64,000 nt of DNA from Alphaproteobacteria bacterium (GCA_045659785.1 JAZRCM010000011.1:4902-68901); one strand, 5' to 3'; shown: positions 18,584 to 29,172, counted from the stretch's first letter. Numbers and translations: made by a program. The notes: a model not told the origin generated them from the letters alone.

Positions 18584-20116
18584 ATGTTACAAAAACTTAA
18601 ATCAGTTAGAATGTTATTGGGCATCGGGCTTTTTGCTTCGGTGCTTTTTGCCGCATACAGTATTTATTATAAAATCGAATATTGGGGGTTTAGTTGGGCT
18701 CCGAAACAAAAAACAGCGGTATGGACAATAGAAGCTCATGTCGCCTTTAAGCCTACCGGAACACCCATAAAAGTATCAATAGCCAGACCATCGGCTTCTA
18801 AAGGTTTTAAGGTTTTGGATGAAGATGTCGTTGCTCCTAAATATGATATAGATATGCAAGAAGAAAAAGTTATTTTGACTTCTAAACCTCGCAGTAAAAT
18901 GCAAGATGTGTATTATCGTGTTTTGTTGTACGATAATGTAGAGAGCAGAGGCAAAACGCCGGCACCTAAACCGGAAAAAATTGTTAAACCGATATTAGAT
19001 GAGCAGTCTTTGAGTGTCGCTTATCAAATTTTGGAAACAGCAAAGGGTATAGACGGAGATGAGGTTTGTCAGGTTATAAAACTGTTAAATCAAACTCCTC
19101 CCGATGAAACCGTGCGCTCTTTTATGCCGGAACGTCGCAGCGATAAAGAAACAGCTCAGGCAATTGTTGATTTATTGGCATTGAAAAATATTTCGGCTCG
19201 TATGGTCAGAGGTATAAAATTACAAGAAGATAAAAAAACATTTATGCCGGATGTTATGATTGAGGCATATATGGATAATATGTGGAAAATATATAATCTT
19301 CATACCGGAAAAAAAGGTTTACCGAGTGACTTTATCATTTTTCAAAGAGGTAACCGCCCATTGGTTGATGTGGTCGGGGGAGAAGATTCGGTTATAAAAT
19401 ATTCGGTTATGAAATCCTTAAGCACCTCATATAAAATGGCCGGTCATCGTGCAAAGTTGGCAAATCAGGAAGGACGCTTCGGTTATTCTATTTATAATTT
19501 GCCGCTTAACCAACAAAATGCTTTGAAGTGGTTGATGATATTCCCATTAGCTATTTTGGTAGTAGTTTTGATGCGTAATGTCGTCGGTATTTCTACAATG
19601 GGTACATTTACTCCGATGTTGATTGCAATGTCTTTGGTTGAAACAGGTTTTGTTTATGGTTTGGCCTGTTTCACCATTATTATCGGTATCGGAATTTTGA
19701 TAAGAGCTCTTTTATCACGATTAAATTTATTGTTAGTTCCGAGAATTTCAGCGGTGGTAATTTTTGTTATTATCATAATGCAAATTTTAGCGATTATCGG
19801 CTATAATTGGCAGTTACCGATAGCTTCTTCCGCTTTGTTCTTCCCGATTATTATTACCGCATGGATAATTGAGAGAGCTTCAATAACTTGGGAAGAAGAC
19901 GGAGCAAGAAATGCGTTGAGAGAAATTGTAAACAGTGTATTGGCTGCGATTGTAACTTATTTCGTTATTGTAAATGATACAATCCGTCATATCATGTTTG
20001 CATTTAACGAACTGAATTTAGTGATTTTATTTGTTGTAATGTTGCTTGGTACATATACCGGATATCGTATAACCGAATTAACTCGTTTTGCACCTTTAGC
20101 TAAAAAGGAAAAATAA
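18584..20116 (+). CDS. Inactive transglutaminase-like domain fused to a 7TM domain
   Basis: 510 aa. N-terminal TM, periplasmic transglutaminase-like region, C-terminal cluster of about 7 TM helices. Confidence 0.6.
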   Translation: MLQKLKSVRMLLGIGLFASVLFAAYSIYYKIEYWGFSWAPKQKTAVWTIEAHVAFKPTGTPIKVSIARPSASKGFKVLDEDVVAPKYDIDMQEEKVILTSKPRSKMQDVYYRVLLYDNVESRGKTPAPKPEKIVKPILDEQSLSVAYQILETAKGIDGDEVCQVIKLLNQTPPDETVRSFMPERRSDKETAQAIVDLLALKNISARMVRGIKLQEDKKTFMPDVMIEAYMDNMWKIYNLHTGKKGLPSDFIIFQRGNRPLVDVVGGEDSVIKYSVMKSLSTSYKMAGHRAKLANQEGRFGYSIYNLPLNQQNALKWLMIFPLAILVVVLMRNVVGISTMGTFTPMLIAMSLVETGFVYGLACFTIIIGIGILIRALLSRLNLLLVPRISAVVIFVIIIMQILAIIGYNWQLPIASSALFFPIIITAWIIERASITWEEDGARNALREIVNSVLAAIVTYFVIVNDTIRHIMFAFNELNLVILFVVMLLGTYTGYRITELTRFAPLAKKEK

Positions 20117-21075
20117 TGTTCGGATGGTTTAAAAATTTTGCTACTCCTTCGCAACTTAGAGCTGCCGGTGTTTTAGGTATGAATGCTCGCAATTATGATA
20201 TTATTGCCAAGAGTAACAAACGTCGCTTATATCCTTTGGTTGATGATAAGGTACAAACCAAAAAGTTAGCTAATGAAGTTGGGATTAACACTCCTCGTCT
20301 TATCGGAATAGTGGAAGTTCAAAACGAAGTTGATAAATTTTTGGATTTGGTAAAAGACTATAAAGAATTTGTAATTAAACCAGCTCACGGCTCCGGTGGA
20401 AAAGGTGTTTTGGTTATCAAGCAATATGATGCCGAAAACTTTGTTACCGCTTCTGAAAAAGTTTTAACTTATAACGAGGTGTATCAGCATATTTCCAATA
20501 TTTTGAGCGGACTTTACAGTTTAGGCGGCAAATATGACATTGCTTTGATTGAAGAAATGGTGCACTTTTCCAATCAGTTTCAAGATTTCAGTTATCAAGG
20601 TATTCCTGATGTGCGAGTTATTGTATATCAAGGTTTTCCGGCATTGGCAATGATGCGTTTGGCAACAAAAGAATCGGGAGGCAGAGCAAATTTACACCAA
20701 GGTGCGGTAGGCGTAGGAATTGATGTAAAAACCGGATGTGCGATTTCTGCCGTTTCACACAATTTGCCGATAGCAATTCATCCCGATACTAAAGCCGATT
20801 TAATGGAGTTAAAAGTTCCTTTTTGGCGAGAGCATTTAGAGATTGCGGTTAAAGGTTATGAAATGACCGGATTGGGATATTTAGGTGCAGACATCGTTTT
20901 GGATAAATTTAGAGGTCCGATGATGTTGGAGCTTAATGCCCGCCCCGGTCTGGCAATTCAAATTGCTAACAATCGCGGTTTGCGAAATATTTTAGAAGAC
21001 ATAAAAAATAATTATCCCAAAGGCTTAAATCCGCAACAACGTTTGGATTATGTGTTAGGTGTTGCGAAAGACTAA
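20116..21075 (+). CDS. RimK-like ATP-grasp ligase (alpha-L-glutamate ligase-related protein)
   Basis: N-terminal GMNARNYDIIAKSNKR, ATP-grasp core (KPAHGSGGKGVLVI, ELNARPGLAIQ). ATG overlaps the stop of the upstream gene. Confidence 0.7.
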   Translation: MFGWFKNFATPSQLRAAGVLGMNARNYDIIAKSNKRRLYPLVDDKVQTKKLANEVGINTPRLIGIVEVQNEVDKFLDLVKDYKEFVIKPAHGSGGKGVLVIKQYDAENFVTASEKVLTYNEVYQHISNILSGLYSLGGKYDIALIEEMVHFSNQFQDFSYQGIPDVRVIVYQGFPALAMMRLATKESGGRANLHQGAVGVGIDVKTGCAISAVSHNLPIAIHPDTKADLMELKVPFWREHLEIAVKGYEMTGLGYLGADIVLDKFRGPMMLELNARPGLAIQIANNRGLRNILEDIKNNYPKGLNPQQRLDYVLGVAKD

Positions 21076-21120
21076 AACATTACCTATATATAAAGCAGTT
21101 AATTTTTAAGGAGATGAAAT

Positions 21121-21726
21121 ATGGCCGAATTACTGGATGATAAAAAAACAGCTAAATTAGAAAAACCGGATACAAAAGAGTTAGGCGGAGCAGATACCAA
21201 AAAACTCACACAAAGCGAAACCAGAGCCAAAAAAGAAAAGGCAAAATATAATGTTAAAGATGCCGAAAATTCTTTGTTGTTAAAGGTTAAAGATGGAGAT
21301 GTTGTGATTGAAATGTATCCTGATGATGCTCCGAATCATGTTGCACGCATTAAAGAATTAGTCAGAGAAGGTTTTTATAACGGCTTAAAATTTCATCGTG
21401 TTATTGAAGGTTTTATGGCGCAGACAGGTTGTCCTTTAGGAACAGGAACCGGTGGAAGCGGTAAAAAATTGAAAGCTGAATTTAATAAACGTCCGCATTT
21501 GCGTGGTACTGTTTCTATGGCAAGAGCTATGGATCCTAACAGTGGTGACAGTCAATTTTTTATCTGTTTTGCCGATGCTCCGTGGTTGAACGGGCAATAT
21601 ACCGTGTGGGGAGAAGTAACTTCAGGTATGGAATATGTTGATATGATAAAACGCGGTGGTGGTGCAAACGGTATGGTGCATAATCCTGATGAAATTATAT
21701 CAATAGATGTAATTGCCGATTTATAA
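21121..21726 (+). CDS. Cyclophilin-type peptidyl-prolyl cis-trans isomerase with a K/E-rich N-terminal extension
   Basis: FHRVIEGFMAQTG, GDSQFFI, WLNGQYTVWGEV cyclophilin motifs. Confidence 0.8.
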   Translation: MAELLDDKKTAKLEKPDTKELGGADTKKLTQSETRAKKEKAKYNVKDAENSLLLKVKDGDVVIEMYPDDAPNHVARIKELVREGFYNGLKFHRVIEGFMAQTGCPLGTGTGGSGKKLKAEFNKRPHLRGTVSMARAMDPNSGDSQFFICFADAPWLNGQYTVWGEVTSGMEYVDMIKRGGGANGMVHNPDEIISIDVIADL

Positions 21727-21756
21727 TATTTATAGCTTTTTTACAGCTTTTACCAA

Positions 21757-21780
21757 ACCGCCTTTTAAAAGGCGGTTTAT
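21757..21780 (+). terminator. Rho-independent terminator (aaaccgccttttaaaaggcggttt)
   Basis: Perfect 9 bp stem after the PPIase gene. Confidence 0.5.
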
Positions 21781-21875
21781 TCTTATTATAAAGACTTGCT
21801 TTTTAGATTAAATTTAATATACTTTTCTCATCGTATCCTATGCGAGTAAAGTTATAACTTTTAAGGATTTTAAAT

Positions 21876-24734
21876 ATGACAAAAAGAACACAGTTTTTCA
21901 CTATGTTATTAGCCGGAACTTTTATTACTTCATCGGCAATGGCAGATATTTATAGCGATATTCCGCAGACAGAATTTGGAAGCGGTAATGAAACTAAATA
22001 TTTTGAATGGACGTCTCCTTTTGAGGGAGCTGAAGACCTCTTTGGTTTTATGAGCGAAGTTGATACTCCTACTTCAGGCAAAACCACAGTAACAGCAAAA
22101 TATTCGGAACCGACAGAAACAGAAAGATTGTATATTGATGATGAAGGCGATATTAATGCTAATTTTGTTGATATTGTCAGCGAACAATATACAGATTTTT
22201 ATGGCGGTGCTATTTACAATGAAATGGCTTATGGTAACAACATAAAAGGTACTTTTATCGGTAATATGGCTATGCCGTACATCCAAGGACCTACAAATTT
22301 AACTCCTGAATCTATCGGTGTTAGCCTGATGGAATATACACCATCTTATGATTACGATTCTGCTTGGGGTGGAGCTATCGCAAACGGTCGAGCAGATGCA
22401 GTATTAGGTAATGTTGAAGGCACTTTTATCGGTAATGTTGCTTATGCTGAAGTAAGCGCCGGTGGAGGAGCAATAAGTAACTCCGGACAAATGGGAGATA
22501 TAAAAGGAGATTTTATTGGCAATACGGCGGTTGGAGGTGAGGCTGTTTTTGGCGGTGCAATTGTTACTTCGGCATTTTTGACCGAGTATTACAATCCGAC
22601 CGCATCTTCCGGTACAATTTCGGGTAATTTTTATGGTAATACAGCTATTGCTACTTATGGAGCCGCATTTGGTGGTGCGATAACTGCCGGAAGTTACAAA
22701 GAAATTAATATCGAAAATTCTAACTTCTATAACAATACAGTTGCCGGTGATTATTGGGCACAAGGCGGAGCAATTTATGCTTACAGATTGTCTGAAACCG
22801 ACGGAAGTTGGTTGCCGGTAGTTGTTAAAAATTCTAATTTTTATAACAATGGAGCGATAAGTGGTAACGGGTATGTAACGGTCGGTGGCGCTATTTCTGC
22901 TGACTCAGAATTAACGATTATAAATTCTAACTTTTATAACAATTATGTAATGTCTACATCGCCTAATGGAAATACTATTCCTTTTGGTGGAGCTATAGGT
23001 CTTTTATACGGCAATAAGCTCAATATCTATGCAGATGGAGCAGATTCCGTATTTTCAGGTAACTACATATCTATTCAAGGCGAAAAAATTGATAATGCGA
23101 TTATGACGTCAGGAGATATAAATCTTAATGTTAAAAACAATGGTAAAATCGTTTTTGATGATAGTATAATTGCAGGTGATTTAATGGGAGTTGGGACTAT
23201 TCCTAATTTGAATATTAGTGGCGATAAATGCCCTAATTGTTTGGTAAACAGCGTTATTTTCAATAGTGGTGTTATGGTGCCAGGTAATGTAACTCTTGAT
23301 ACTACACAAATGGTGTTAGGTAAAAATGCGGCGATTTTAGCATATGGGGATTATGAAGCTAAAAATAATCCGATTTTGCGAGTTGAATTAGATGCTTCAA
23401 CCGGAGAAGCCGGAAAACTTTATGCGGGTGATATTAAAGGAACAACAGGAGTTATTGTTGATACCAAAAACTATAAAGATATACGCGGGCAAGGAAGTAT
23501 TTTTTTTGCTGCAGCTGGTGTTGCTGATGGCGAAGCTAATGAAAAATCTTTTGAAATTTTACGCGTAATCGGTTCTCCTTATATGTATAAAATTGATTAT
23601 CAAACAGATATGACGGTAGATATTAGTGGTACATGGTTTGAAAAAATGGAAGGTATAACAGAGGTTGATGTAGCCAAGGCTTGGGGTGTAACAATGACCG
23701 ATGAAGCAAACACCTATACCGAAGACTGCGATCCTAAACCGGAACCACAACCACAACCACAACCACAACCTTTAGGTCCGGTTGAGGTTGCTCCGGAGGT
23801 TATTGCCATGGAAGCATTGCCTTCAGCAGCAGTTGCTCAAACCAGTGGAATGATTTATAACATTATGCGTAAAGTTAATATAAACAGATTATATTGCCCC
23901 GGTTGCGGTTTCTATGACTATAATTGGGACGGCAAACCTTTGCATAATGCTTGGGTAGATACTTTCTATAACGGTTTGGAAATTGATGCTCCGGTTGCTA
24001 TTGATGCTGATGTATGGGGTATTGAAGCCGGTGCTGATATTCAACATGATTTGAGCAACAAACTCGGTATATTCGTATCTTATCGTCAAGGTAATTATGA
24101 AATGGACGGTAAAGGAGACAAATATTATTCAAAATCCGGAAGTGAACTTGATATCGATAGTTATTTAGCCGGATTGTATTATCGTTATGATAATAATAAT
24201 TGGTACGCATTTGCTACTTTGTACGGCGGTATGCAAGAAGCTGAAGTTACAACAGATGACGGTCTTTCCAATTATGATACCGACGGCATAGAATTTGGTG
24301 GAAGCGCTGAAGTAGGTTATAGCTATGCTTTGAACAACACCGTATATGTAACACCAAGTTTAGGTGTATTCTATACTCAAGTAAATTATGATGATGCCAC
24401 AGATAATCTTGGTAAAACCGTCGAATATGATGATTTGAAACAAGTTGAATTAGAGGCTGGTATAAAATTGAGTAAAGCTATTTATACAGACAATGGTGCT
24501 GCAAGCATTTATGTCAAACCTAGTGTTGTTCAAACTTTGGTTGATGGTGATGAGGTTAATATTACCAAAATCGGCAAAGTTGATACAATCGAAGATGAAA
24601 CATTAGGCAGAGTTGAAGTCGGCGGAAACTATGGTTTCAATGACAACTGGTCAGCATACGGTTGGGCTAACTATACCTTCGGCTCAGACTATGAGGCTAC
24701 ATCTCTTGGTTTAGGTGTTAATTATAGTTGGTAA
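21876..24734 (+). CDS. Autotransporter (type Va) with a beta-helical Gly-rich passenger and C-terminal 12-strand barrel
   Basis: Signal peptide. Repeated FGGAI / GGAI(S/T) pectin-lyase-like turns. PEPQPQPQPQP linker. C-terminal barrel ending GLGVNYSW. Confidence 0.75.
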   Translation: MTKRTQFFTMLLAGTFITSSAMADIYSDIPQTEFGSGNETKYFEWTSPFEGAEDLFGFMSEVDTPTSGKTTVTAKYSEPTETERLYIDDEGDINANFVDIVSEQYTDFYGGAIYNEMAYGNNIKGTFIGNMAMPYIQGPTNLTPESIGVSLMEYTPSYDYDSAWGGAIANGRADAVLGNVEGTFIGNVAYAEVSAGGGAISNSGQMGDIKGDFIGNTAVGGEAVFGGAIVTSAFLTEYYNPTASSGTISGNFYGNTAIATYGAAFGGAITAGSYKEINIENSNFYNNTVAGDYWAQGGAIYAYRLSETDGSWLPVVVKNSNFYNNGAISGNGYVTVGGAISADSELTIINSNFYNNYVMSTSPNGNTIPFGGAIGLLYGNKLNIYADGADSVFSGNYISIQGEKIDNAIMTSGDINLNVKNNGKIVFDDSIIAGDLMGVGTIPNLNISGDKCPNCLVNSVIFNSGVMVPGNVTLDTTQMVLGKNAAILAYGDYEAKNNPILRVELDASTGEAGKLYAGDIKGTTGVIVDTKNYKDIRGQGSIFFAAAGVADGEANEKSFEILRVIGSPYMYKIDYQTDMTVDISGTWFEKMEGITEVDVAKAWGVTMTDEANTYTEDCDPKPEPQPQPQPQPLGPVEVAPEVIAMEALPSAAVAQTSGMIYNIMRKVNINRLYCPGCGFYDYNWDGKPLHNAWVDTFYNGLEIDAPVAIDADVWGIEAGADIQHDLSNKLGIFVSYRQGNYEMDGKGDKYYSKSGSELDIDSYLAGLYYRYDNNNWYAFATLYGGMQEAEVTTDDGLSNYDTDGIEFGGSAEVGYSYALNNTVYVTPSLGVFYTQVNYDDATDNLGKTVEYDDLKQVELEAGIKLSKAIYTDNGAASIYVKPSVVQTLVDGDEVNITKIGKVDTIEDETLGRVEVGGNYGFNDNWSAYGWANYTFGSDYEATSLGLGVNYSW
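23745..23770 (+). repeat. Coding (ccacaa)n hexanucleotide microsatellite encoding the PQPQPQPQ linker of the autotransporter
   Basis: Four to five tandem ccacaa units read directly. The repeat length is a multiple of 3, so frame is kept. Confidence 0.6.
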
Positions 24735-24916
24735 TGACACTCCTCATTATCACAAAGAAGGGAGGCTATTTGCCTCCCTTTGTCATTATGAGAAAATTTA
24801 TTGCCATGAAAGTTAAAAAATACTCATTATTGTTAATAAAAATCATAAAAAAGTGCAATTTTCATTATATTCATATATTTTATAACCAAAGATGTGAAAT
24901 TTTATGGAGAATGACT

Positions 24917-26035
24917 ATGAATTTATGTCGTAAATTGTTTTTATTAACCGGTTGTATTTTGGCGTTTAGTGCTTGTAAGGACAACAATACAAATCAAGCG
25001 GCTCAAACTGCACCGCAAAAGGTTAGTGTGTTGGAATTAACACCGCAAAATATTCCTTTGAGTTTTGAGTTTTCCGCTCGTGCTCAAGGTTCAAAAGAAA
25101 CCGAAGTTCGTGCTCGTGTCAGCGGAATTTTGTTAAAACGCAACTATGTTGAAGGCTCTAAGGTTGAAGAAGGCAGTGTTTTGTTTGAGATTGACCCGGA
25201 TCAATATAAAGTTGCTTTAGATCAGGCAAAAGCTCAATTAGCTCAAGCAAAGGCACAATTTATAAATGCCGAAACACAATGGAAACGTACAGATGAACTC
25301 CATAAACAAGGTTTTGCCAGTGATAAAGCTTTAGACGAAGCAAGAGCAACCATGGACTCTTTAGCTGCTTCTAAAGAGTTGGCAGAAGCTGCTGTTGAAG
25401 CTGCTAAACTTAATTTTGACTATACAACGGTTAAAGCTCCGATTAGCGGTATCACAAGCATGGAAGCTCAATCGGAAGGAAGTTTGATTTCAACAACCGG
25501 GTTGCTGACCAAAATTGTTCAGGTAGATCCTATTTATGTGATTTTCTCAGCTTCTGAAAAAGAAATTATGTCTTTGCGTGATATGACTGAAAGAGGTCTT
25601 ATTAAAAACCCGGAAAATAAATCAGAAATCGTTGCTAAAGTAAAATTTGGAGACGATACTTTGTATAACCAAAGCGGAACCGTTAACTTTATTAATCCTA
25701 CCGTTGACGAAAGTACCGGGACAATCAAACTTCGTGCCGTATTTCCTAACGAAGAAGGAAGAGTTCGTCCGGGACAATTTTTGCGTTTGGTTATGGAAGG
25801 TTTAACTCGTTTAGATGCTTTAACACTTCCGCAAGAGGCTGTTATGCAAGAAGCAAACGGTTCTTATGTATATCGTGTAAATGCCGAAAATAAGGTGGAA
25901 TCCGTTGCCGTAAGAACAGGGCTTACAACACCTGACGGAAAATGGATTATTGATGAAGGTCTTAAAGCCGGCGATAAAGTAATCGTTTCCGGATTGCTCA
26001 AGCTTCGTCCGGGAATGAGTGTTGTTGCCGAATAA
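24917..26035 (+). CDS. RND efflux membrane-fusion protein lipoprotein (AcrA-like)
   Basis: Lipobox LLTGCILAFSAC. Coiled-coil hairpin (LAQAKAQ...). Beta-barrel and MP domains. Start at the ATG with a ggaga RBS. Confidence 0.8.
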   Translation: MNLCRKLFLLTGCILAFSACKDNNTNQAAQTAPQKVSVLELTPQNIPLSFEFSARAQGSKETEVRARVSGILLKRNYVEGSKVEEGSVLFEIDPDQYKVALDQAKAQLAQAKAQFINAETQWKRTDELHKQGFASDKALDEARATMDSLAASKELAEAAVEAAKLNFDYTTVKAPISGITSMEAQSEGSLISTTGLLTKIVQVDPIYVIFSASEKEIMSLRDMTERGLIKNPENKSEIVAKVKFGDDTLYNQSGTVNFINPTVDESTGTIKLRAVFPNEEGRVRPGQFLRLVMEGLTRLDALTLPQEAVMQEANGSYVYRVNAENKVESVAVRTGLTTPDGKWIIDEGLKAGDKVIVSGLLKLRPGMSVVAE

Positions 26036-26050
26036 TAGTGAGGATTTAAT

Positions 26051-29000
26051 ATGTTTTCAAAGTTTTTTATTGAAAGACCGATTTTCTCTACGGTAATTTC
26101 TTTGGTTATCGTTTTGGCCGGTCTTGTTTCTATGAAAGCCTTGCCGATTGAACAATATCCTAATATTGTTCCTACCGAAATTCAAATTACGGCAATGTAT
26201 CCGGGGGCTACGGCAGAAGTTTTGGCCGATACCGTTGCTGCTCCTATTGAACAAGAATTAAACGGCGTTAAGAATATGATTTATATGTATTCTAATGCTA
26301 CATCCAGCGGTTATTTGACAATCGGTGCCGTATTCGAAATCGGTACAGATCCCGACCAGGCAACCATTGACGTTAACAACAAAGTTCAGGCTGCAACTTC
26401 AAAACTTCCGAGCGAAGTTACAAAAATGGGCGTTACCGTTGAGCAAAAATCTAACTCAATTCTTCAGGTTATTGCAATGCGTTCAACATCTGAAAAATAC
26501 GATTCAGTATATGTTGCAAACTATGCTTTGTTGAACGTGTTGGATGAAATTAAACGTATTAAAGGTGTAGGTAGTGCTTCGTTGTTCGCATCGCAAGACT
26601 ATTCTATGCGCATTTGGTTGAGTCCTGATAAATTGGCAGATTATAATATGACACCGCAAGATGTCATTGCAGCCGTTCAAGAACAAAACTCTCAATTTGC
26701 TGCCGGTCAATTTGGGCAAGAACCGATGGACGAATATCAACCGTACACATATTCGGTGAACACTAAAGGCCGTTTGGTTGATGAAAAAGAGTTTGGAGAA
26801 ATCATTCTCAGAACAGATGAAAAAGGCGGAATTTTGCGTCTTAAAGATGTTGCTCGTATAGAGTTGGGGGCACAAGATTATAGTGTTACCTCAACTTTTA
26901 ACGGCAAAGAAGCCGTTGCTTTCGCTATCTATCTGCAACCGGGAGCAAATGCTCTTGAAACAGCAGAGTTAGTAAATAACAAAATGCAAGAATTATCTAA
27001 AAACTTCCCTGACGGCATTACCTATGAAATTCCGTATGATACGACTTTGTTTGTGAACGTATCTATTCATGAGGTTATTCATACCTTTTTTGAAGCGGTT
27101 GTTTTGGTTATTATCGTAGTATATTTGTTCTTGCAAAGTATTCGTGCCACAATCATTCCGATTTTGGCGGTTCCGGTTTCTATTATCGGTGCTTTTGCCG
27201 GAATGTATTTGTTAGGCTTTTCAATTAACTTGCTGACTTTGTTCGGGTTGATTTTGGCAATCGGTATCGTGGTGGACGATGCGATTATTGTGTTGGAAAA
27301 CGTTGAACGTTTGATGCACGATGAAAAACTGTCACCGAAAGAGGCGGCAATCAAGGCGATGCAAGAAGTTTCTGGTCCGGTAGTGGCTGTGGCTTTAGTG
27401 CTTTCGGCTGTGTTCTTACCGATTGCATTTTTAGGCGGTATGACCGGTGTAATGTATAAACAATTTTCGGTAACCATTGCCGTTTCGGTGCTGATTTCAG
27501 CTCTTGTGGCTTTAACTTTGACACCATCACTTTGTGCTTTGATTATTAAAGATGAACATAAAGAACCTAAAGGATTTTTCCGTTGGTTTAATGCTTTCTT
27601 TGATAAATTGACCGAATGGTATTTAGCCGGTGTAAAATTCTGCTTAAATTATCGCAAAATTACAATGTTAGGTTTTGCCGGTGTTTGTGTAGCAATCGTA
27701 ATGTTGTTTAAAATTGTTCCGGGAGGTTTGGTTCCTAACGAAGATTTAGGAAACCTTTTGATGGCGTATAATATGCCGGAAGCATCATCATTACCTCGTA
27801 CGGAAAAACTTACCGATACGGTCAGTAAGGCAATTATGGAAAATCCTGATGTTGTTGATGTGTTGACAATTAACGGATTTAATATGTTATCTGCAAGCCA
27901 AAATACATATTCTGCCGTTAGCTTTATTATATTGAAGGATTGGGAAGAAAGAAAGTTATTAACTCAATCTGCAGACCATTTGGCAAAAGTGTTTAGCGGT
28001 ATCGGAATGAGCCAACCGGAAGGTGTTGCTGCTGCTTTCTCAATGCCGCCGATTACAGGTATGAGTATGACCGGAGGTTTTGAAGGTTATATTCAAAACC
28101 GTTCAGGTAAAACATCACAAGAATTGATGGCTAAAACTCAAGAGTTTATTGCAGAAGCATCAAAAAGACCTGAATTGGCAAATGTAAAAACTACGTTTTC
28201 GGTCAGCACACCGCAATATCGTATTGATTTAGACCGTGAAAAAGCTCGAGTTATGAATGTACCGATTAATTCTGTTTATACGGTTATGCAATCAACATTC
28301 GGTAGCTTGTATGTTAATGACTTTACCTATATGGGACGTAATTTCCGTGTTAGTGTTCAGTCAGAGGCAAAATTCCGTCGTACTCCTGATGATTTGCGTT
28401 ATGTTTATGTTAAGTCAAATGACGGAAAACTTGTTCCGTTATCTACATTGCTCAATGTTGAAAGAGTAACCGGTCCGGAGTTGGTTAACCGCTTCAATAT
28501 TTTCCCTGCTGCAAAGGTTATGGGTGACCCTGCTAACGGTTATTCTTCCGGTCAGGCTATTGCCGCAATGGAAGAAGTGGCAGAAAAAGTATTGGGTAGC
28601 GAATACAGTTTGTCTTGGATTGGTTCCGCATATCAGGAAAAATTAGCAGGAGGTGCTTCTACACAGGCATTTGCTTTCGGATTGATAATGATATTCTTGA
28701 TTTTGGCAGCTCAATACGAAAAATGGTCTTTACCGATGGTAGTTATTCTTTCGGTTCCGTTCGCCGTATTAGGTGCTTTGATTGCGGTTTATCTGCGTGG
28801 TATTCAAAACGATTTGTATTTCCAAGTAGGTTTGGTAACATTGATTGGTTTGGCTGCCAAAAACGCAATTTTGATTGTGGAATTTGCGGTAGTAAAAGTT
28901 GAAGAAGGCTTGAGCTATGCAAATGCCGCTATTGAGGCTGCAAAACTTCGTTTCCGTCCGATTGTTATGACTTCTTTGGCATTTACTTTCGGTGTATTGC

Positions 29001-29164
29001 CATTGGCAATTTCTACCGGAGCCGGTGCAGGAAGCCGTCACTCTATCGGTACCGGAATGATTGGCGGTATGATTTTATCAACTTTCGTAGCAACATTGTT
29101 TGTTCCGATGTTCTTTGCAATAATCGGAGAAATGTTTGATAAAAAACATAAAGTCAAAGGATAA
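26051..29164 (+). CDS. RND multidrug efflux transporter (AcrB/MexB-like)
   Basis: 1037 aa, 12 TM helices with two large periplasmic loops. Conserved VVDDAIVVLENVER and GxGAGS motifs. Confidence 0.9.
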   Translation: MFSKFFIERPIFSTVISLVIVLAGLVSMKALPIEQYPNIVPTEIQITAMYPGATAEVLADTVAAPIEQELNGVKNMIYMYSNATSSGYLTIGAVFEIGTDPDQATIDVNNKVQAATSKLPSEVTKMGVTVEQKSNSILQVIAMRSTSEKYDSVYVANYALLNVLDEIKRIKGVGSASLFASQDYSMRIWLSPDKLADYNMTPQDVIAAVQEQNSQFAAGQFGQEPMDEYQPYTYSVNTKGRLVDEKEFGEIILRTDEKGGILRLKDVARIELGAQDYSVTSTFNGKEAVAFAIYLQPGANALETAELVNNKMQELSKNFPDGITYEIPYDTTLFVNVSIHEVIHTFFEAVVLVIIVVYLFLQSIRATIIPILAVPVSIIGAFAGMYLLGFSINLLTLFGLILAIGIVVDDAIIVLENVERLMHDEKLSPKEAAIKAMQEVSGPVVAVALVLSAVFLPIAFLGGMTGVMYKQFSVTIAVSVLISALVALTLTPSLCALIIKDEHKEPKGFFRWFNAFFDKLTEWYLAGVKFCLNYRKITMLGFAGVCVAIVMLFKIVPGGLVPNEDLGNLLMAYNMPEASSLPRTEKLTDTVSKAIMENPDVVDVLTINGFNMLSASQNTYSAVSFIILKDWEERKLLTQSADHLAKVFSGIGMSQPEGVAAAFSMPPITGMSMTGGFEGYIQNRSGKTSQELMAKTQEFIAEASKRPELANVKTTFSVSTPQYRIDLDREKARVMNVPINSVYTVMQSTFGSLYVNDFTYMGRNFRVSVQSEAKFRRTPDDLRYVYVKSNDGKLVPLSTLLNVERVTGPELVNRFNIFPAAKVMGDPANGYSSGQAIAAMEEVAEKVLGSEYSLSWIGSAYQEKLAGGASTQAFAFGLIMIFLILAAQYEKWSLPMVVILSVPFAVLGALIAVYLRGIQNDLYFQVGLVTLIGLAAKNAILIVEFAVVKVEEGLSYANAAIEAAKLRFRPIVMTSLAFTFGVLPLAISTGAGAGSRHSIGTGMIGGMILSTFVATLFVPMFFAIIGEMFDKKHKVKG

Positions 29165-29172
29165 TAAAAACC

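Noticed and set aside
23745-23770. Short perfect tandem repeat that could be mistaken for a CRISPR-like or intergenic repeat array
   Set aside because: It is a coding (ccacaa)n microsatellite inside the autotransporter ORF (PQPQPQ linker). No repeat-spacer periodicity is present anywhere in the window..
24728-24916. Long N-terminal extension of the RND membrane-fusion protein ORF (MVMTLLIITKKGG...)
   Set aside because: The extension spans the autotransporter stop, a terminator hairpin (aagggaggctatttgcctccctt) and the promoter. The lipoprotein signal begins at the internal Met at 24917, which has an RBS.
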